From Bacteroidales bacterium (GTDB lineage Bacteria > Bacteroidota > Bacteroidia > Bacteroidales > VadinHA17), in the NCBI GenBank assembly GCA_015486185.1, contig WFSC01000175.1, forward strand, positions 1 to 34,932: a stretch of 34,932 nucleotides of DNA. The letters are read 5' to 3'. Both the position numbers and the translations under genes were made by a program. A model generated the notes under the pieces. The model saw nothing but the letters and a program-made list of their open reading frames with translations. It was not told the DNA's origin and searched no databases. Below, one piece after another: positions 31,701 through 34,932 of the stretch (positions within the stretch are counted from its first letter, which is position 1; each line of letters begins with the position of its first letter).

Positions 31701-32393
31701 TTACAGCACTTTTATCAATTCCGATTTACTGGTTAATTTCCCCTTTTTATTAAAATTTTCCGATTTTACGGTACCAATATCCCTGGTGTACCACACAATG
31801 CTTTTCCCATGGGTTCTCACAAATCCGGCCTTTCCTTCCAGATCATAGGTAACTTTAAAGCAATTGTAAGTGCCGGCAGGGGTTGTAACTTTCTCAAATC
31901 CTTCGATTTTTCTGTTCCGCAGGTAGGAACTGACAGTGATAAGTTTTACCCCGTTATTGGTCACTACGGCAACCACACTGGCATCCGGCAGTGACATTCC
32001 GGCTTTGGGATGAGCAGGCAACTCGATATTTTTCGTTTCCACTTTTATGTCCATTCCTTTATATTTATCAAGACCCAGTTGGGACAGATAGGCCCTCATA
32101 TCAATATAAAAACTATCTCCCCTGCAGTAAAAATCAAGAAGAACGGTATCTGTTGCCGGATGTTCGGGCGTTTCAACCCATTCTCTTGTCCGGATCTTAA
32201 GTCCCTGCTCCGTCTGCTCGGTTTTCATTACCTGATAAGTCATTCTTGAGGTAGGTTTCCCTTTTGCATCATAATATTGATACACCAACATGGATCCCTG
32301 TTTTGAGGGAAAATACATAGTACAATCCTGGGCTTCCGATTCTGCCGTAAGAAAAACACCCATGATAAGAACAAGAAAAAATAAACGTTTCAT
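31701..32393 (-). CDS. Hypothetical exported protein (TapB/DUF3108-like)
   Basis: Signal peptide; EKVTTPAGTYNCFKV...WY...GTVKSE pattern. Confidence 0.65.
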   Translation of the reverse strand: MKRLFFLVLIMGVFLTAESEAQDCTMYFPSKQGSMLVYQYYDAKGKPTSRMTYQVMKTEQTEQGLKIRTREWVETPEHPATDTVLLDFYCRGDSFYIDMRAYLSQLGLDKYKGMDIKVETKNIELPAHPKAGMSLPDASVVAVVTNNGVKLITVSSYLRNRKIEGFEKVTTPAGTYNCFKVTYDLEGKAGFVRTHGKSIVWYTRDIGTVKSENFNKKGKLTSKSELIKVL

Positions 32394-32441
32394 TTTATTA
32401 AATTTTTAGATTAAGGGTTCAATAATAGTTTTACCAAATAA

Positions 32442-34229
32442 TTAATCCAGTTTAAGTACAGCCAGAAAAGCCTGTTGGGGTACTTCCACATTTCCTACCT
32501 GCCGCATGCGTTTTTTACCTTTTTTCTGCTTTTCCAGCAACTTCCGTTTCCTGGTAATATCACCCCCATAGCATTTAGCAGTCACGTCTTTCCGCAAGGC
32601 TTTTACGGTTTCGCGGGCAATGATCTTTGAACCGATGGCAGCCTGTATAGCTATATCAAACTGCTGCCGTGGTATCAATTCCTTTAGTTTTACGCATATT
32701 TTCCGTCCGAAGTTATAGGCATAATCCTTATGTATCAGTGTGGACAAGGCATCCACCATCTCACCGTTCAGTAAAATATCCAGACGAACAAGGGTAGCTT
32801 TTTTATATCCTGAAGTATAATAATCGAAAGATGCATATCCTTTTGAAATACTTTTGAGCTTATCATAAAAATCAAAAACAATATCAGCCAGGGGCATCTC
32901 AAAAGTCAGTTCTACCCGGTCACTGGTCAGGTACACCTGATTTTTCAGAGTCCCTCTTTTGTCGATGCATAGTTTCATGATCGGTCCGACAAACTCAGCT
33001 TTAGAAATAATATGTGCCGTAATATAAGGTTCTTCAATATGATCTAAATGTGTAGGATCCGGCAATCCGGAAGGATTATGTACTTCTATCATCTCACCCC
33101 GTGTTGTAAAGGCCCGGTAAGACACATTCGGCACGGTCGAGATCACATTCATATTGAATTCACGGTCGAGTCTTTCCTGAATGATCTCCATATGCAATAA
33201 TCCGAGGAAACCACAACGAAAACCAAAGCCCAGGGCCGCTGAAGATTCCGGCTCAAAGGTCAGGGAAGCATCATTCAGGTGCAGCTTTTCAATAGAAGCC
33301 CGCAACTCTTCATAGTCATCCGCATCCACCGGATAGATCCCGGCAAAAACCATGGGTTTGACATCTTCAAAACCTTCAATGGCAGCTTTACAAGGCCTGT
33401 CCACATGCGTAATGGTATCTCCTACTTTTACTTCACTCGAATTTTTTATCCCCGAGATAATATAGCCTACATCTCCCGCCCGTAGAACATCACGGGGCTC
33501 ATTTTTTAATTTAAGTACACCGATCTCATCAGCGATATAGTCCCTGCCGGTAGCAACAAATTTTACATGATCACCTTTCCTCAATTCGCCATTAAAAATC
33601 TTAAAATAAGCATAGATACCCCGGAAAGAATTATATACAGAATCAAATATCAGAGCCTGCAGGGGAGCATCCGGATCTCCCTGTGGAGAAGGTATCTTAT
33701 GAATAATATCCGCAAGTATCCGGTCCACGCCCATGCCGGTTTTTCCACTGGCCTCGATAATATCATCACGGTCGCATCCTACCAGATCAACAATCTGATC
33801 TTTTACTTCTTCCGGCATGGCATTATTGAGATCCATCTTATTCAGCACCGGGATGATCTCCAGGTCATGTTCAATGGCAAGGTAAAGATTGGAAATGGTT
33901 TGGGCCTGTATTCCCTGTGTTGCATCCACTACCAAAAGAGCTCCTTCGCAGGCAGCGATAGACCTGGACACCTCATACGAAAAATCCACATGACCGGGCG
34001 TATCTATCAGGTTTAACTGATATTTTTCCCCGGCAAAGGAATATTCCATCTGTATTGCATGACTTTTGATGGTTATCCCCCTTTCACGTTCCAGATCCAT
34101 ATCATCCAGAACCTGTTCATGAAAGTCCCGTTCGTTTAATGAACCGGTCCTGATCAGTAACTGATCAGCCAGGGTACTTTTTCCGTGATCAATATGAGCG
34201 ATAATACAAAAGTTTCGTATATGATCCAT
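32442..34229 (-). CDS. lepA: Elongation factor 4
   Basis: [48 protein letters not shown] and [18 protein letters not shown]; -7 box at 34261-34268. Confidence 0.98.
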   Translation of the reverse strand: MDHIRNFCIIAHIDHGKSTLADQLLIRTGSLNERDFHEQVLDDMDLERERGITIKSHAIQMEYSFAGEKYQLNLIDTPGHVDFSYEVSRSIAACEGALLVVDATQGIQAQTISNLYLAIEHDLEIIPVLNKMDLNNAMPEEVKDQIVDLVGCDRDDIIEASGKTGMGVDRILADIIHKIPSPQGDPDAPLQALIFDSVYNSFRGIYAYFKIFNGELRKGDHVKFVATGRDYIADEIGVLKLKNEPRDVLRAGDVGYIISGIKNSSEVKVGDTITHVDRPCKAAIEGFEDVKPMVFAGIYPVDADDYEELRASIEKLHLNDASLTFEPESSAALGFGFRCGFLGLLHMEIIQERLDREFNMNVISTVPNVSYRAFTTRGEMIEVHNPSGLPDPTHLDHIEEPYITAHIISKAEFVGPIMKLCIDKRGTLKNQVYLTSDRVELTFEMPLADIVFDFYDKLKSISKGYASFDYYTSGYKKATLVRLDILLNGEMVDALSTLIHKDYAYNFGRKICVKLKELIPRQQFDIAIQAAIGSKIIARETVKALRKDVTAKCYGGDITRKRKLLEKQKKGKKRMRQVGNVEVPQQAFLAVLKLD

Positions 34230-34313
34230 TCCGGTCAGTTTTCCACAGATTTTTCCAATGCAAAGATAGGACAATCCCTAAAATCCCTGACATGAAAGAG
34301 AAAAAAGATAAGG

Positions 34314-34932
34314 TTAGTTACTGTTCAGTTCTTTCAATGAAACTCTTCGCGGATAACCCGGCAACATGAAGAGATGAGGTGACAACCTCTTTCTTTTCAC
34401 TTTGATCACTTTTGTTATCACCTCATAACCATAACCAAATTCCCTGACCTTTACCGGATAGCCACGCGTTTCCATATACAAATACGTTGGAAATGCCTGA
34501 TAATGGAAACCCTGTTCATAATATTTTGTAATATGGTTGAATATCTTATAATAACGTTCCAGTAACGGAAGGGGAAGGAGCTGAAGTTTAGGAGCGATCC
34601 AGGTTTCTTCGGTAGCCACATCGTTTACCCATACCATATAGACTCTTGTATTGAAACCGGCAATTTTTTCCCCTTTCCGGGTTTGTGTTATTTTTACATC
34701 CAGGCGGTCATGTCTTGCCACCGTCGAATCAGGCAACTGTAATTGGCGGATCATCCGGTCAAAACTCTTAAGCGCATCTTGTTTTTCTTTTTCGGTATAA
34801 TCACTGATCTTTTTCAGAAAGCGATCTTTCATCAATGAAACCATATCACGATCATAATCATCCACGGTACCTTCCCAATATTTTTTTGTGGCAGGATTAT
34901 AAAACTGAATAATCCCTTTATACAGGTCCATG
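34314..34932 (-). CDS. Hypothetical protein, DUF4412-like (5' end probably beyond window)
   Basis: GEKIAGFNTRVY...EETWIAP...GYPVK...LSPHLFMLPGY pattern typical of DUF4412-like proteins. Confidence 0.55.
   Translation of the reverse strand, partial: MDLYKGIIQFYNPATKKYWEGTVDDYDRDMVSLMKDRFLKKISDYTEKEKQDALKSFDRMIRQLQLPDSTVARHDRLDVKITQTRKGEKIAGFNTRVYMVWVNDVATEETWIAPKLQLLPLPLLERYYKIFNHITKYYEQGFHYQAFPTYLYMETRGYPVKVREFGYGYEVITKVIKVKRKRLSPHLFMLPGYPRRVSLKELNSN

Overview
Core-genome window of a Bacteroidota (Bacteroidia-like) bacterium. The assignment rests on TAnnTTTG -7 promoter boxes, A-rich starts without Shine-Dalgarno, RprX/RprY, long-form PurF and an IPExxxVDY-like protein. Contents in order: 5' end of the dcw cluster (ftsI, ftsL, rsmH, mraZ with MraZ boxes); glycine-lipid-type acyltransferase pair; purF, SPOR, usp, LEA_2, yebC; putative outer-membrane protein; orphan STAS protein; aspS, tadA; two glutamate dehydrogenase paralogues flanking dprA; tatD, ansA, tRNA-Ser(GGA); exbB-orf-exbD-exbD; tRNA-Arg(CCG); leuS, purN; acpP-fabF-rnc; rprXY; lepA. 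No mobile element or CRISPR was seen. The most notable signals are: (1) an ORF-less minus-strand unit divergent from rprXY, with a sigma54-like promoter, four GGUU motifs and an intrinsic terminator (candidate undescribed sRNA), next to four 10-bp-periodic GTTAA boxes; (2) a ~115-aa DUF559/PD-(D/E)xK nuclease-like domain inserted in frame in LeuRS. All calls are from manual motif recognition; no searches were run.
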